The notes under the pieces are model-generated. The model saw nothing but the letters and a program-made list of their open reading frames with translations, did not search any database and was not told the origin of the DNA. This document shows, in pieces, positions 22,101 to 29,387 of a stretch of DNA of 64,000 nucleotides (its first letter is position 1; every line of letters starts with the position of its first letter). The stretch is from the IMG/VR virus record IMGVR_UViG_3300033182_000980, positions 310,001-374,000 of that record; one strand, given 5' to 3'. The position numbers and the translations under genes are program-made.

Positions 22101-22312
22101 ACCGTCACACTCTCAACACCTATCTTTCCATCTCCACTAGAAATCAAAGCATAAGAGTCTACTCCTGTAGACCCAATCTCATATAGATCTCGACCCACAC
22201 GCTCCCAACGACCGTCTACCTGTACAACCCCTCCGTCCACCACTCGTAAACATAAGCCAGTTGATGAAGCATTACGCTCTCCACTACGAACATCTAGTAT
22301 AATACTACTCAT
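13163..22312 (-). CDS. Giant (3049 aa) probable baseplate/tail structural protein
   Basis: Uninterrupted 9150 nt ORF; acidic, G/V/T/S-rich, with recurring V..GD.l.i beta motifs. Confidence 0.7.
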   Translation of the reverse strand: MSSIILDVRSGERNASSTGLCLRVVDGGVVQVDGRWERVGRDLYEIGSTGVDSYALISSGDGKIGVESVTVSFEKLFEEAIDGVYYYLTNSRVWLSSVLDENGDALDHFYGGTVVHSARDLSSVEGTGLVGGLFWWTRNDDSRVRFDYENRGWSLLKGGAGSVVGVVGGEDDYEVIAGLEGELRLGGGNVADASVTVFEIGGADFPVVAEGEEEGAFELGAEGVVLNPSGKVLFKEGSDHVGKEVLYISGTLGGFESNEVLGEGYLSPQPRLNEYPLLRVAGYGYSDVVFVDTEGDLGNAEYGVVKVALDSGKILSSSPVIYDGLVLCDAPIGVGAGVDGLTVEKMDVPDGSGLEPSGVASSFKPTGVGLKWDYRWERMYVRLEEAGRTLPVELVERLPKRLSIHRGYLVQGTDTVFLSRAWSNQTKKIFSGHVALSRGGLRHTSILGLSGKSGSFRVDGGVVSFTGETVVGSGVSVVDGYLVVDEGSVVDHPSTTEEFVSLRSIGLVPSVSLETGLEFVLTRSTVKGYYSFDEEKVADISGSTAFQFLQFEPRLDFSGYGAGKFFKIGDKVLGDTDIETSFGGNPNGFHWIVGRTVSSKVNQETSRLALGSGLRVGTTSITISQEQLDGSVSTQTLTEGVDYDLPSDGLEGQARLINRLGSEVLSGQKVGSLTGLDLDLEVDATLVRQGDFFYDGLNYFKIEAITGSVITLSSVLGIQLGRWKIYRGYREGLEEAETPDPTKVVGEILDDLPVLERKAVEVYKVYGTLAFDKVLPSSTLFIRKGDDSYPLTVLRDEVLLSPYELSGDHYTSGSYRIKVGEVEYEAGVMVGGEGFTVVNDRVVFEKDGVANSSWVDGEVIFVRKPRSGLVDTAEMDLSLTLTTPFDPEPFDDFLELLANPRYEATSGAISFEDPLEEGVGVEVSYTPTDDPNGVRVIEAMGFVVIQEEATRVDGFQYTYNPTGKEVELLASPTVFVGPEQITAGLYSIGQDTIHFSFEVASTTSVKVSYTTLKSNGGDATVRTSSGMVIPKYKIDKGSSSLSVQRDFTNILGAGDLIHVGTQIFNVVSVSANSISVSPPARVNIEAEMIAYLNVPSFTYGGTTSSYAFRQVANANVTAKPKSPDILIQGDYRDFIKAKSIVVLQGTPYRVKVVGLDDATGMTKVTVEGFTTGHDFISTNDFYVSFRPVLIEGDTSLTLTTGIVDTESFQLIKYNHTEGRGRLLTLNEDYNFNSEAGLIDLKNGHDVRPQVSYYLLHTALSAVKPFTLLGGRVSKPSYKATFNQSTTPEEYDGLGLNVSCVVSSPDTFQVRIADEDAYSSEIANELQQSLDQDTGSGGKLVISSPTSQGKAIGVYDLLANDVVARSRINLYNGYVQPVDDILSTTTGKVVGDADGSFKFNLLTAGDWIAPGMEDHITREIYPRYVSMEFLTPLNPANQYPTPEDTILIGGSPPEADVLASILEQQRSLIENEMDDYVLIRQKERTVFDFGAGFPYVRVEYDPVYSPMWRRHRFSRLFPTSTRMYSYRNPGALNSSTNGITIANAQNNALGQIENITALPVVSRRSARFRVYDFSLNGYPSEVAETAGKPTFILSAVPLDEFPIDSTTGLPDTAQFVSEGGELADALVGNVDRTFNGLQVNSKVRLSRNGGEFYNVLNTAEQATLLELGLFPPLSERSEPRNAKVEAIVNGCYVVLKGNPFTLKINGESLVENPPKRGDTLIESFARDLDDDSSPSTTFRVGSDIGLKSSTGELVDISLPSISEPNWPVKEIVGQNVPSGGLALEGAVSFFYSETTPFRYPALDGEAVDDTGDESIPYKSRFSERDLLPQIPPALDALQVQTLNDISGLNEYAYPDEARGTASISGGFLTTSEDFSTLNGICEQAPRQGDLMILKPDSSGAGGTSSTGVLEIAEVDGDRISPPTFTSPCDVLCELENLSVGLTNGGNLFIQEGWFPDVNGIYDRSVTEIYFMNGYDVQSLFASPSAGLEVKLHVHNLGSNTVDPNRNKWTFIFSYDGASWTVSLYDEVAKSLHTASNITSVSCPMTSQLVIVQEPVPDPYDPTSIPPETWDNFGDMNSWLYNRFWDNTTDIFYFSVQPNGGNGYFFGADQQTGNPVSHDYRLSVTSTAEIANNRLDVVFPTDRQIFTLITDPAFAGGSDTTKKLTIKSSTFEVREEGGASTGTVDSDVNNKEFTSFYSVNSTTFRPRSLNGISRTDDPMSIFIGSEVDESDTILQGLASSGLVGVADPANLTDSGKGILRNVIPSPGSQGSMDHVLTGDLLYIENGHNAGTHRVRGVVKTDATVEITETLGSSALLPVVFPKVVSVVNNGDGTGTITTDVPNLSDYFGASGELIILLNNNYLSKPLSVSTHVYDELYGFSQVHVEYESLTDGENGGSFTFTENTNANHANPHYADGEKPGGGGGGPHPTGVTINELISLVGEGQQTIGGLTRIPFNTLLLGYGEIPVSLDNTIEIYFNVGGGYTGSKNNLDESRVERDENNMVVAFNLPQNIYERVTDNPEGNEYHDTFITPNDTIKITVNVSAGIYLDPTFPRLLRDYAGTTPVEFGATPSELPSQVRSPIESTLTNPPAWDFYERVNFTVRRLRRFTDVFSKLVYAFEGFRYLYEQRVGRVDSVAYANSVATLTPLKVDGEGVADVSGTDTQVGDFTNVVSVGDQVQCVNGSNQETLYLRVLEVGSTLKCSVIRGSVSAVGNNDVFKVITRVPLIPELQAFDQFIEHGFTEIYSTTPQEGISVGVENVLSDTNADFIALGVAEGDFLVIDPQGLLTGTATEYGAPPQGDNGDGTPGIPNHLDDNRGAYKVVSVDDANTLSVEFYAGDSGTARTTYKLLPSVSGDDAQPLRQTAGIVGGTYATTPESIHPFSYRILRRNATLSESLAGSFLFFRERTLSWVEVIRSFNQLPTQPYTWSQYEAEGLINNVGIADNSHPSNDILLQSILGNQASQPFENNETCLSVYDRRMLIEDPKMADEGYGEPEDGIPTVLENDISSMNARDSRYAWISVRTDQVNGTLSKLSRVDLSNPDDTALEDIK

Positions 22313-22857
22313 ATGAACTTTCCTATAAATGGTGATGAAGCAGGTGCTGGACCAGGAACTCCCGCCACTACACCATTCGCTACTGTGGTTAAAAAGTGTG
22401 AACTGATCCCTTGCCCTAAAGCATTACAGATACGAACTCTATCTAAACCTACAATACCAACACTCGTGAAGCTACTTACCAACAACTGCGTTAATAACAT
22501 AGGATCGCCCACCACCCCTCCTATAAATGAACCTACACCTACTCCAGCTACTGCACCTGTAAAAAAGTATGGCTGACTTATACCCACCATAATCGGAACC
22601 CACATGACCGGAGCCATCACTCCTATTAAACCATTACCCTTAAACGCCGCTTCCATTAAAGCCCCATTAGGAACTACCACCACCGTGCCTCCACATACTC
22701 CACTACCCACTGTTCCCGAACAAGCTCCCTGTACTGTACTCGCTAATAACCATTGATATAAACCAAGCTCTACTCCCTGTGCTATCTGAACCATCTGTGG
22801 AGTCTTACTACTAGAGGAAGCCATTATAGCTCCACTCACTAATCCTGGGACTGGCAT
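22309..22857 (-). CDS. Gly/Val-rich probable virion protein
   Basis: 182 aa; first gene of the minus-strand structural operon. Confidence 0.6.
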   Translation of the reverse strand: MPVPGLVSGAIMASSSSKTPQMVQIAQGVELGLYQWLLASTVQGACSGTVGSGVCGGTVVVVPNGALMEAAFKGNGLIGVMAPVMWVPIMVGISQPYFFTGAVAGVGVGSFIGGVVGDPMLLTQLLVSSFTSVGIVGLDRVRICNALGQGISSHFLTTVANGVVAGVPGPAPASSPFIGKFI

Positions 22858-22954
22858 ATAAAATAATCCTATCGCTTTTTCATGTTGTCAGACTTACACT
22901 ACACGCAAGATGTATGTAGGTCTGTGTCTCTTAGTACATTCTACAACACAAACG

Positions 22955-22966
22955 ATAAAACAACTA
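22955..22966 (-). promoter_or_regulatory. Class-2-like motif TAGTTGTTTTAT
   Basis: Upstream of the structural operon; one mismatch to class 2. Confidence 0.35.
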
Positions 22967-23031
22967 TTGATATTAAACCGTCATTGAAAATGAGATCGAA
23001 AAAACGGATCAGATTTCTACTGTAGCCAGTG

Positions 23032-23049
23032 ATAGATAAGGGGGCTACG
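23032..23049 (-). promoter_or_regulatory. Class-1 element, degenerate
   Basis: cgtagcccccttatctat on minus strand. Confidence 0.5.
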
Positions 23050-23057
23050 CTTCTGGA

Positions 23058-23657
23058 TCATTCGATCCTAAAGTCACCAGCGATCCAAGCGAGGTCTAAC
23101 TGGTGGACGAGATCATATCTGTTCATTTTACGGGCGATAGATTTGAGTTTGTAACAGCGATCCTCAAGGGCATAATGTTGTCTCTGTTTGACCGATAGGA
23201 TCTCTTTGATCTCATAGTGATCTTTGGCCTTTATTTCGAGGTGTGCTTTTCGACCACTCATGTCATAGATGTATTGTTCGTCCCATCTGATAGAGGATCT
23301 ATCGTAGGTTGTCTCGGAGGGTATGACGACCTCGACCTTGCCTTGAGGCTTGGTGAGTTGGAAAACAAAGGTTGAGCAGTAAGAGCCACAGTCGGCTGTA
23401 TTCTCTTCTCCCCAATCATCATCTGGATAGAACTTAGATTTTGTTTCGATGAGGTTGAAGCCTTCGCCTTTGATTTCGATCTTGAGGTCTTTCTTGATGT
23501 GCCATACTCGGAACTGCATTGCACTACAGGTAGCCCAAGCGTCAAAGTAGGCACACGCACCATTTCGATCATTGGGATCATCGAAGAAAGAGTTCTCTTC
23601 CCAGTCACCCCATTCACAGCTACCTTCACCAAAGAGTCTAAAGTCTCCTCTCATCAT
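23058..23657 (-). CDS. Hypothetical protein, paralog of 23654
   Basis: Shares the T.P.G.V, W....I.D..G..A.L and HY...EIL pattern. Confidence 0.7.
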   Translation of the reverse strand: MMRGDFRLFGEGSCEWGDWEENSFFDDPNDRNGACAYFDAWATCSAMQFRVWHIKKDLKIEIKGEGFNLIETKSKFYPDDDWGEENTADCGSYCSTFVFQLTKPQGKVEVVIPSETTYDRSSIRWDEQYIYDMSGRKAHLEIKAKDHYEIKEILSVKQRQHYALEDRCYKLKSIARKMNRYDLVHQLDLAWIAGDFRIE

Positions 23658-24217
23658 GGTGCAAGCTCCATGATCTTATTGTTGAGCATAGTGCGAACAT
23701 CACCTTTAGACATATTACGAAGTCGTGCGAGTCGTTTGATTTCGATGAGAGTTTCTTCTTCTTGAGGGGTGAGGATCTCCTCTACCTTGTAGTGTCCTTG
23801 TTCGGTCTTGAGGAGTCGGGCTTCATTACCTCGTAGGTCTTTGATTAAGCCATCTTTCCATACGACCTCGACCTTATTGTCATCTATCTTGATAGAGACA
23901 TGACCGTTGGGTTGAGTGATCACCCAGTCGATCTCGATCTCATGTTGCTCACAGGGGATCTCCTCATCGTTATCATCCCAAGTGGTGCTTTCGGTACATT
24001 TTTGCTCATGGGAGATGATACGCACACCTTCAGTCTCAAGTTTGTATTCCTTTTTGATTTCGCTGTAAGCACAGAGACTCAACAGCACTCCCTCATGGAC
24101 ATTGAAGAAGGTTTCAGCACCCCCCTCCCATGCGTCTATATTTGAGTCAAGATCAAAGTGTTCTTCGGAGTTATCTGTGTTCCATTTTAGGAAGTATGGA
24201 TTGATGATGTTAAACAT
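23654..24217 (-). CDS. Hypothetical protein, paralog of 23058
   Basis: 187 aa; AAGGAG RBS. Confidence 0.7.
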   Translation of the reverse strand: MFNIINPYFLKWNTDNSEEHFDLDSNIDAWEGGAETFFNVHEGVLLSLCAYSEIKKEYKLETEGVRIISHEQKCTESTTWDDNDEEIPCEQHEIEIDWVITQPNGHVSIKIDDNKVEVVWKDGLIKDLRGNEARLLKTEQGHYKVEEILTPQEEETLIEIKRLARLRNMSKGDVRTMLNNKIMELAP

Positions 24218-24299
24218 GGTTCTCCTTTAGCGAGTGAGAGGGTTGATACTTACTTAACGATCTCAACACTTGAAATAAGACAAATCTTTTAAACTTTTT

Positions 24300-24476
24300 T
24301 CACCAACCTCGATTGGCTTTACTTTTCGCTCGGTTAGCTTGTTGCTCCTTCTCTTGGAGGAGTCTCCAGAGGGCTTGAGCTTCTTGCTCGGTTAGCTTAT
24401 CGAGCATGGGGAGGAGCGTTTGTCTGTCGCAACGCTCTCTATGAAAGAGAGCCGAGAGGTGTCGTTTGATGCTCAT
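24300..24476 (-). CDS. 58 aa protein absent from the ORF track (MSIKRHLSALF...ANRGW)
   Basis: ATGA overlap with the stop of 24473..24694; translated by hand. Confidence 0.5.
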   Translation of the reverse strand: MSIKRHLSALFHRERCDRQTLLPMLDKLTEQEAQALWRLLQEKEQQANRAKSKANRGW

Positions 24477-24694
24477 GCGATACCTCCCATCATGGCTACT
24501 GTTTGAGTGAACACGCTCTCGCTCTCTTTCTTGAGTAGAGAGAGGGCTTCATTGATTGCGAGGTCAGTACACCCTCTCATGTTCTGTTCTGTGATGTATG
24601 GGCCTTTAACAGCCTCATTGAGATGCCACAGCATAGCCTTGAGTGGTGTGCCTGTGAGCTTGTCGAGTTTTAGATTTAAGGTTGTTCGTTTCAT
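24473..24694 (-). CDS. Hypothetical protein
   Basis: 73 aa; RBS; follows element at 24718. Confidence 0.65.
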   Translation of the reverse strand: MKRTTLNLKLDKLTGTPLKAMLWHLNEAVKGPYITEQNMRGCTDLAINEALSLLKKESESVFTQTVAMMGGIA

Positions 24695-24717
24695 GTGTTC
24701 TCCTTTTACGAAGTGAT

Positions 24718-24734
24718 ATAGGTAAGGGGTTACA
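24718..24734 (-). promoter_or_regulatory. Class-1 element
   Basis: tgtaaccccttacctat. Confidence 0.7.
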
Positions 24735-24822
24735 GGTTCTTCATACGATAGTAGCTGACGATGAAGAGTCCGATGAGGCAGATGCTGGCGACACCAGCGA
24801 TGTCTAGGATTGTTGAGATCAT
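24730..24822 (-). CDS. 30 aa single-TM peptide MISTILDIAGVASICLIGLFIVSYYRMKNL
   Basis: AAAGGAG RBS; its TAA stop lies inside the class-1 element. Confidence 0.55.
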   Translation of the reverse strand: MISTILDIAGVASICLIGLFIVSYYRMKNL

Positions 24823-24910
24823 TGTCTTTAGTCTCCTTTAGGCTGAACCCTTTCGGTTGTTCTGGTGTAGAATGATGATAATCATTAGTGCGAGAAGTTT
24901 AAGAGTCATG

Positions 24911-25120
24911 TTAGACCTTCCATACTTGCGTGAATCCAAATCGAAGCTCTAGTGCCTCTAGGAACGCACTTTGGCTCTTGGGTGAACCCTCCACATCAAC
25001 TTTCACATAAGGCTCGTAGGGAGTGCCTTCTCGTGTCTTTAAAGACACACCATGTGTCATGGCAATAGAGTGGAGCTGACACTCCTTAGAGTGTATGGTT
25101 CTGGTCATGGCGAGGGTCAT
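24911..25120 (-). CDS. Hypothetical protein
   Basis: 69 aa ORF in a co-oriented run. Confidence 0.5.
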   Translation of the reverse strand: MTLAMTRTIHSKECQLHSIAMTHGVSLKTREGTPYEPYVKVDVEGSPKSQSAFLEALELRFGFTQVWKV

Positions 25121-25134
25121 AAGGTTGCTCTCTC

Positions 25135-25671
25135 TTAGCGAGGGTTGTTGAACGCATCCCGATCCACCGTTTCGTCAAACTCGGTGATCTCGTGTCGGAT
25201 GTAGCGTGGGAGGTTCAAGTTAGTTTCGATGCAGTTGCGGATTGCTGTGAAGAGGTGCTTTGCCTCTTTGAGTGGATAGTGTCCATCAACGATGACACCC
25301 CGAACATATTGACGGCCATCCTCCGAGTAGAAGAAGGGAGTACCATCTCTACGAGTGAGCTTACCACTGTAGCTCTTAGGTCGGTTAGTGTTGTTTCCTG
25401 CGAGGCTCGCTTGGGTGCTAGGGATCATCCCCTTGCTACCGAACAGCACCTTATCGACATCAGCTTCGGTGCATTGAACACCTGCCTCATTGATGAGGGC
25501 AGTAGCCTGTGCGAGAGTGTTAGAGCTTGTGAAGGCTTGAAGGCGAGTCAGACGCTCCTGGAGGACTGCCTTGTAGGGGACGGTCATGTCGAGGATGACG
25601 CTGTAGAGTCCATCTCCATTGATGCGGCCGAGTTTGACTCTTGGATGATTGGTTGGGGTTGAGTTATTCAT
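25135..25671 (-). CDS. Hypothetical protein, possible distant relative of 26680/29388
   Basis: YVRGVIV and IETNLNLPRYIRH resemble HVRGIII and ISSELDL...WRQY; start moved to the ATG after AGGAG. Confidence 0.6.
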   Translation of the reverse strand: MNNSTPTNHPRVKLGRINGDGLYSVILDMTVPYKAVLQERLTRLQAFTSSNTLAQATALINEAGVQCTEADVDKVLFGSKGMIPSTQASLAGNNTNRPKSYSGKLTRRDGTPFFYSEDGRQYVRGVIVDGHYPLKEAKHLFTAIRNCIETNLNLPRYIRHEITEFDETVDRDAFNNPR

Positions 25672-25722
25672 CTTTAGTCTCCTATGAGAGTGAGTGGGCT
25701 TCATTGCCCTCGATACTAGGTT

Positions 25723-25739
25723 ATAGATAAGGGGTTACG
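25723..25739 (-). promoter_or_regulatory. Class-1 element
   Basis: cgtaaccccttatctat; contains the stop of the upstream gene. Confidence 0.75.
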
Positions 25740-26034
25740 CTTCTAGCTCATCAGCGAGCTGATCGTTCACGCTGTCGAAGAAAAAGTCGAGGCGAGTCCG
25801 ATCACTTTCGCTGACGGAGGCGGTCGTATTGATCACATCATAGAAGCATGGGGCATCGGGAGCTACCTCCTCCATGACGGAAACCATGTTGATGTACATC
25901 CCACGCTCTGCGATGTTGATCTCCTCCTCATTCTCCTCGGCCTCATCCATGAGGTCTTGGAGCTGATTGCGATAGCTCTGCATTTGAGTTTCGATCTGAC
26001 GAGAGAGCTGTAGTAGTTTCTCTTGGACTGTCAT
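25735..26034 (-). CDS. Acidic hypothetical protein
   Basis: 99 aa; RBS. Confidence 0.65.
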   Translation of the reverse strand: MTVQEKLLQLSRQIETQMQSYRNQLQDLMDEAEENEEEINIAERGMYINMVSVMEEVAPDAPCFYDVINTTASVSESDRTRLDFFFDSVNDQLADELEA

Positions 26035-26078
26035 GTCTGTTCTCCTTTACGAAGTTGGGTGTCGATTACATAGGTTAT

Positions 26079-26095
26079 ATGATTAAGGGGTTACA
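26079..26095 (-). promoter_or_regulatory. Class-1 element
   Basis: tgtaaccccttaatcat. Confidence 0.7.
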
Positions 26096-26148
26096 AGCTC
26101 TAAAGCCGACAGTTAGTTGGCAGTCGCTACCACCCTCGATACTAGACT

Positions 26149-26165
26149 ATAGATAAGGGGTTACA
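26149..26165 (-). promoter_or_regulatory. Class-1 element (no ORF before the next copy)
   Basis: Exact consensus. Confidence 0.75.
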
Positions 26166-26227
26166 CTTCCCCACGGTAGAAATGCACGAGTCAGAGAATA
26201 CGCAAAGTTTTCGAGGGTTTAGGTGTC

Positions 26228-26244
26228 TGTAACCCCTTATCTAT
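26228..26244 (+). promoter_or_regulatory. Class-1 element
   Basis: Exact consensus; divergent from 26149. Confidence 0.75.
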
Positions 26245-26302
26245 ATCATAGTATCGGGGCTGAATGACTCACCCCACCAACCACTCCCCAATGGAGAACA
26301 TC

Positions 26303-26563
26303 ATGAACGCACTTCCCCCCCTAACATACGCAGAAGCCTCACATGGTATCACCAAGATCGTCAGTGATCTTGGCTTCCCCCTCTTTATGGGTGAGGCAGA
26401 GCGTAAGCCTACTGTCAAGGCTGTACGCAAGCAAGTGAGTGCTTACTACAACCGACTCCACCGAGAGAACAAGCTCGACTGTCTCCATGCGTATGACGCA
26501 GAGAATAAGTCAGAGCTTCTTGAGGCGGCCGTGGCAGAGCTTCTTGAGCGAGTCGAGGGCTAA
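26303..26563 (+). CDS. Hypothetical protein
   Basis: Start moved to MNAL after a GGAG RBS. Confidence 0.6.
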   Translation: MNALPPLTYAEASHGITKIVSDLGFPLFMGEAERKPTVKAVRKQVSAYYNRLHRENKLDCLHAYDAENKSELLEAAVAELLERVEG

Positions 26564-26574
26564 GAGAGTCGGGT

Positions 26575-26591
26575 TGTAACCCCTTATCTAT
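26575..26591 (+). promoter_or_regulatory. Class-1 element
   Basis: Exact consensus. Confidence 0.75.
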
Positions 26592-26679
26592 AACCTAGTG
26601 TGAGAGGCTAGGGAAACAATCACCCAGCAATCATATAACTTAATCTGCAACCACACCATCTCTTGAAAGGAGAACCACC

Positions 26680-27285
26680 ATGCAGAACATCACAGCAACC
26701 CCAAACACAAGCATCACTTTCACCACAACCAAGTCGGGTCGTGCCGACTTGAAGAGGGACGGAGGCACAGTTCGTGGGCGACATACAGTCGAGGTGTCGA
26801 TGTTGGTCGGCACTGACCACAAGACCATCGCAGGTCTTGACCTCGCTAAAGTCGAGACTGCTGACCGAGCGAAGCTCAAGACAGCTCTTGAGGATCGGGG
26901 CTTGGTCTTTACTGACCTCGACTTTAACTTGGCTCTTGAGGGTGATCAACCTCGTAAGAAGGGTCTACTGACTGCGTTGCGTCAGTCGGCTACAGGATCG
27001 AACGATGACAACAAGCATCTTGAGGCTTACTCTGACCACCCATGTGGGGTCAAGGGAGTGAGTATCCATGACGGTACAGGTGATGTCCATGTGCGTGGGA
27101 TCATCATCGGAGAGAAGATCATCTCTGCTGACCCGAATGGTGATGCTCGCAAGGTGGCGAATGGGCTTCATGTCCAGCTCAAGAACGCAATCAGCTCCGA
27201 GCTTGATCTCACTTCACGAAAGTGGAGGCAGTACAAGCTACCAGCGTCAGCGACTGTAAATGGGATCGACAACCCAACTCTCTAA
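26680..27285 (+). CDS. Hypothetical protein, paralog of 29388
   Basis: DGGT.RGRHTV.V.MLVG, KHLEAY..HPCG, DPNGDAR and WRQYKLP shared. Confidence 0.75.
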   Translation: MQNITATPNTSITFTTTKSGRADLKRDGGTVRGRHTVEVSMLVGTDHKTIAGLDLAKVETADRAKLKTALEDRGLVFTDLDFNLALEGDQPRKKGLLTALRQSATGSNDDNKHLEAYSDHPCGVKGVSIHDGTGDVHVRGIIIGEKIISADPNGDARKVANGLHVQLKNAISSELDLTSRKWRQYKLPASATVNGIDNPTL

Positions 27286-27303
27286 GAGGTCGAGGGTATA
27301 CTC

Positions 27304-27320
27304 TGTAACCCCTTATTCAT
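27304..27320 (+). promoter_or_regulatory. Class-1 element
   Basis: tgtaaccccttattcat. Confidence 0.7.
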
Positions 27321-27363
27321 ATAACAGCATCAGCCAACTAACCACTCACTAAGGAGAACAAAA

Positions 27364-28578
27364 ATGGCTAAGAACTTATCAGCTACCGTCCGAGAGAACC
27401 TTCCCTTTATCCTCAGCACCAATGGTGCCCCAATGAACAAGAAAGAGCTTCGTGATGCTTATGTCTCACACGAGGGGTGTTCGTCCGAGTTTGACTTCGG
27501 GCAAAACAAGGACACTTGGAGCAAGCTCCGATCTGCGATCCACGGTGCGGCTCCCAAGCTCGTAAAGCAAGGTGTCCTTTTTCAGCCGACTAAGGGCAAG
27601 TTTGATGTGGTCGAGGGTACAGCTATCCCATCAGCGTTTGTGCCTTTCCTCAATGGTCAAGCACCTGTTGCTCCAACCCCTGTGGTCGAGGCAGACCCTG
27701 TGGTTGAGGTCGAGCCTGTGGTTGAGGTTGAGCCTGTGGTTGAGGCAGACCCTATGGTCGAGGTGAGCGTGAGCAATCCGGCGGTCATCGAGGCTCACAT
27801 CGACACCGAGACTCAAGAGCTGGTTGAGAATGTCGGTGGTAGCCGAGACTACCGTAAGCCTCTCGATCAAGTAGAGGACGGATATATCACCTCAAGCGTA
27901 CCCTCAAGCGTACAAGTCAGCACGACTACCCTTGAGCCTGTGGTCGAGGTTGAGGAGACTCAAGAGGTGGTCGAAGCCGAGCCTGTGGTTGAGGAGACTC
28001 AAGAAGAGGTCGTAGATGCCCCTGTAGAGCCTGTTGAGGTTGAGGAGGTGGTAGAGGCTACCCCTGTGGCAGAAACGCTTGTAGAGGACGATCTCGACCT
28101 CTTTGGTGAGGAGGTTGAGGAGACTCAAGAGGAGGAAGATCAGCAACCGAGCTATGACCTCAAAGAGCTTCGCAAGAACGCTTCCTTTGACCCACTCTCG
28201 CTGACCATGAAGGGAGTAAAGGGTAGCTATGAGGTATATCGAGATATGGAGGCACGAAACATCGTGTTGACGCAAAAGGGGCGAGAGGACTATGTGATCG
28301 TACCTGTGGATGTGGATCAAGATCGACTTGACGCTCTTAATGAAGCAGATGCTCGTTATGCTCGATATGCCCTTAAGTCAGTAGAGATCTTCGATACAGC
28401 ATCGCATCACAAGGATGGTTGTACTCCAATCGTCAAGGCTCTTATCTCTTGTACCAATAACTGCGAGCATACAGATGACTTTGGAGGTCTAGTAGAGCCT
28501 TGCATGAAGCCTCTTGACTGTCCTCTACAGAGCATTTGGGGAGGGGTGGCGATCTATGTCAACCCTCAAGACGCATAA
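27364..28578 (+). CDS. wHTH-like N-terminus + acidic PVVEVE-repeat linker + Cys-containing C-terminal domain
   Basis: LVKQGVLFQPTKGKF wing-like motif; low-complexity linker with DLFGE. Confidence 0.7.
   Translation: MAKNLSATVRENLPFILSTNGAPMNKKELRDAYVSHEGCSSEFDFGQNKDTWSKLRSAIHGAAPKLVKQGVLFQPTKGKFDVVEGTAIPSAFVPFLNGQAPVAPTPVVEADPVVEVEPVVEVEPVVEADPMVEVSVSNPAVIEAHIDTETQELVENVGGSRDYRKPLDQVEDGYITSSVPSSVQVSTTTLEPVVEVEETQEVVEAEPVVEETQEEVVDAPVEPVEVEEVVEATPVAETLVEDDLDLFGEEVEETQEEEDQQPSYDLKELRKNASFDPLSLTMKGVKGSYEVYRDMEARNIVLTQKGREDYVIVPVDVDQDRLDALNEADARYARYALKSVEIFDTASHHKDGCTPIVKALISCTNNCEHTDDFGGLVEPCMKPLDCPLQSIWGGVAIYVNPQDA
27679..27768 (+). repeat. Five imperfect 18-bp coding tandem repeats (CCTGTGGTYGAGGYNGAS)
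   Basis: Encode PVVEAD/PVVEVE/PMVEVS. Confidence 0.85.
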
Positions 28579-28780
28579 CGATACACCCCTCAAGCTGTTA
28601 AGTGAGAGTCGCCTAGAGCGTTTCTTAAAGGCAGTAGCCCCGACACTTAAGAGCGTGGGGGTGGAGCAGAACATACTTACTTTAACCTTTGACCAAACAA
28701 CAATCATACTCCCCCTCACATCAACGATGACTTGGGGGCAACTAATAGACTCCTTAAAGGAGAAAGGGCTTATCCCATGA
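28556..28780 (+). CDS. Hypothetical protein
   Basis: Start placed at MSTLK. Confidence 0.5.
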   Translation: MSTLKTHNDTPLKLLSESRLERFLKAVAPTLKSVGVEQNILTLTFDQTTIILPLTSTMTWGQLIDSLKEKGLIP

Positions 28781-29022
28781 GCAACAAGCTAACAACAACA
28801 GACCTTCGAGACTCAATCATCATCGTAATCGAGCGAGACGGCTCACATCACATCAAGCTCCCGAATAATGACGAGCTAGAGTTTGACAAGAAGGCGTATA
28901 ACGCCATGCTAAACACCTTAACTGTCTTAGACGAGCCGAGCTTTGTCCTTAAGACCTTCCTTTGGATCGAGCGTAGGATGCAAGCTCTTAGCCACATGAT
29001 CTTCGGTAGGGCAGAGACTTGA
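28777..29022 (+). CDS. Hypothetical protein
   Basis: ATGA overlap with the previous gene. Confidence 0.55.
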   Translation: MSNKLTTTDLRDSIIIVIERDGSHHIKLPNNDELEFDKKAYNAMLNTLTVLDEPSFVLKTFLWIERRMQALSHMIFGRAET

Positions 29023-29345
29023 AATATACGGTCTTAGTGGACGGTAAGCGTGAGCCTAATCCCAAGCTAGGCTCAATGCCTTTGTATTCACTAGATCTAA
29101 TAGCTTGGATGGAACTACTTACCGAGATGGGGTTTAGGAAAATAGATGGGGATCAAACTTGGGAACATACCAAAGACCCCGAACTGCTCCTTAGATTGAA
29201 GTTTGATGGTTCTCTAATCTCCCTCGAAATCTACCACCCCAAAAGTGGAGGCATTAGCAAGAGCTTTACCCTCGAACGAACCCAAAGTGCCTTCCTTGGC
29301 ATAGAGGCTCTGCTCACAGAAATACGCAACATCTACCGAAACTGA
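29019..29345 (+). CDS. E.GF / IR..W(Y) paralog family member
   Basis: LLTEMGFRK..WEHTKDP ... EIRNIY. Confidence 0.6.
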   Translation: MKYTVLVDGKREPNPKLGSMPLYSLDLIAWMELLTEMGFRKIDGDQTWEHTKDPELLLRLKFDGSLISLEIYHPKSGGISKSFTLERTQSAFLGIEALLTEIRNIYRN

Positions 29346-29387
29346 CTAGAAATCTTATAACTAACTTATCACAACTTTTATGGAGGC

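Noticed and set aside
24328-24398. Direct repeat GCTCGGTTAGCTT x2 as a regulatory site
   Set aside because: Falls within a plausible 58 aa minus-strand ORF; only two copies
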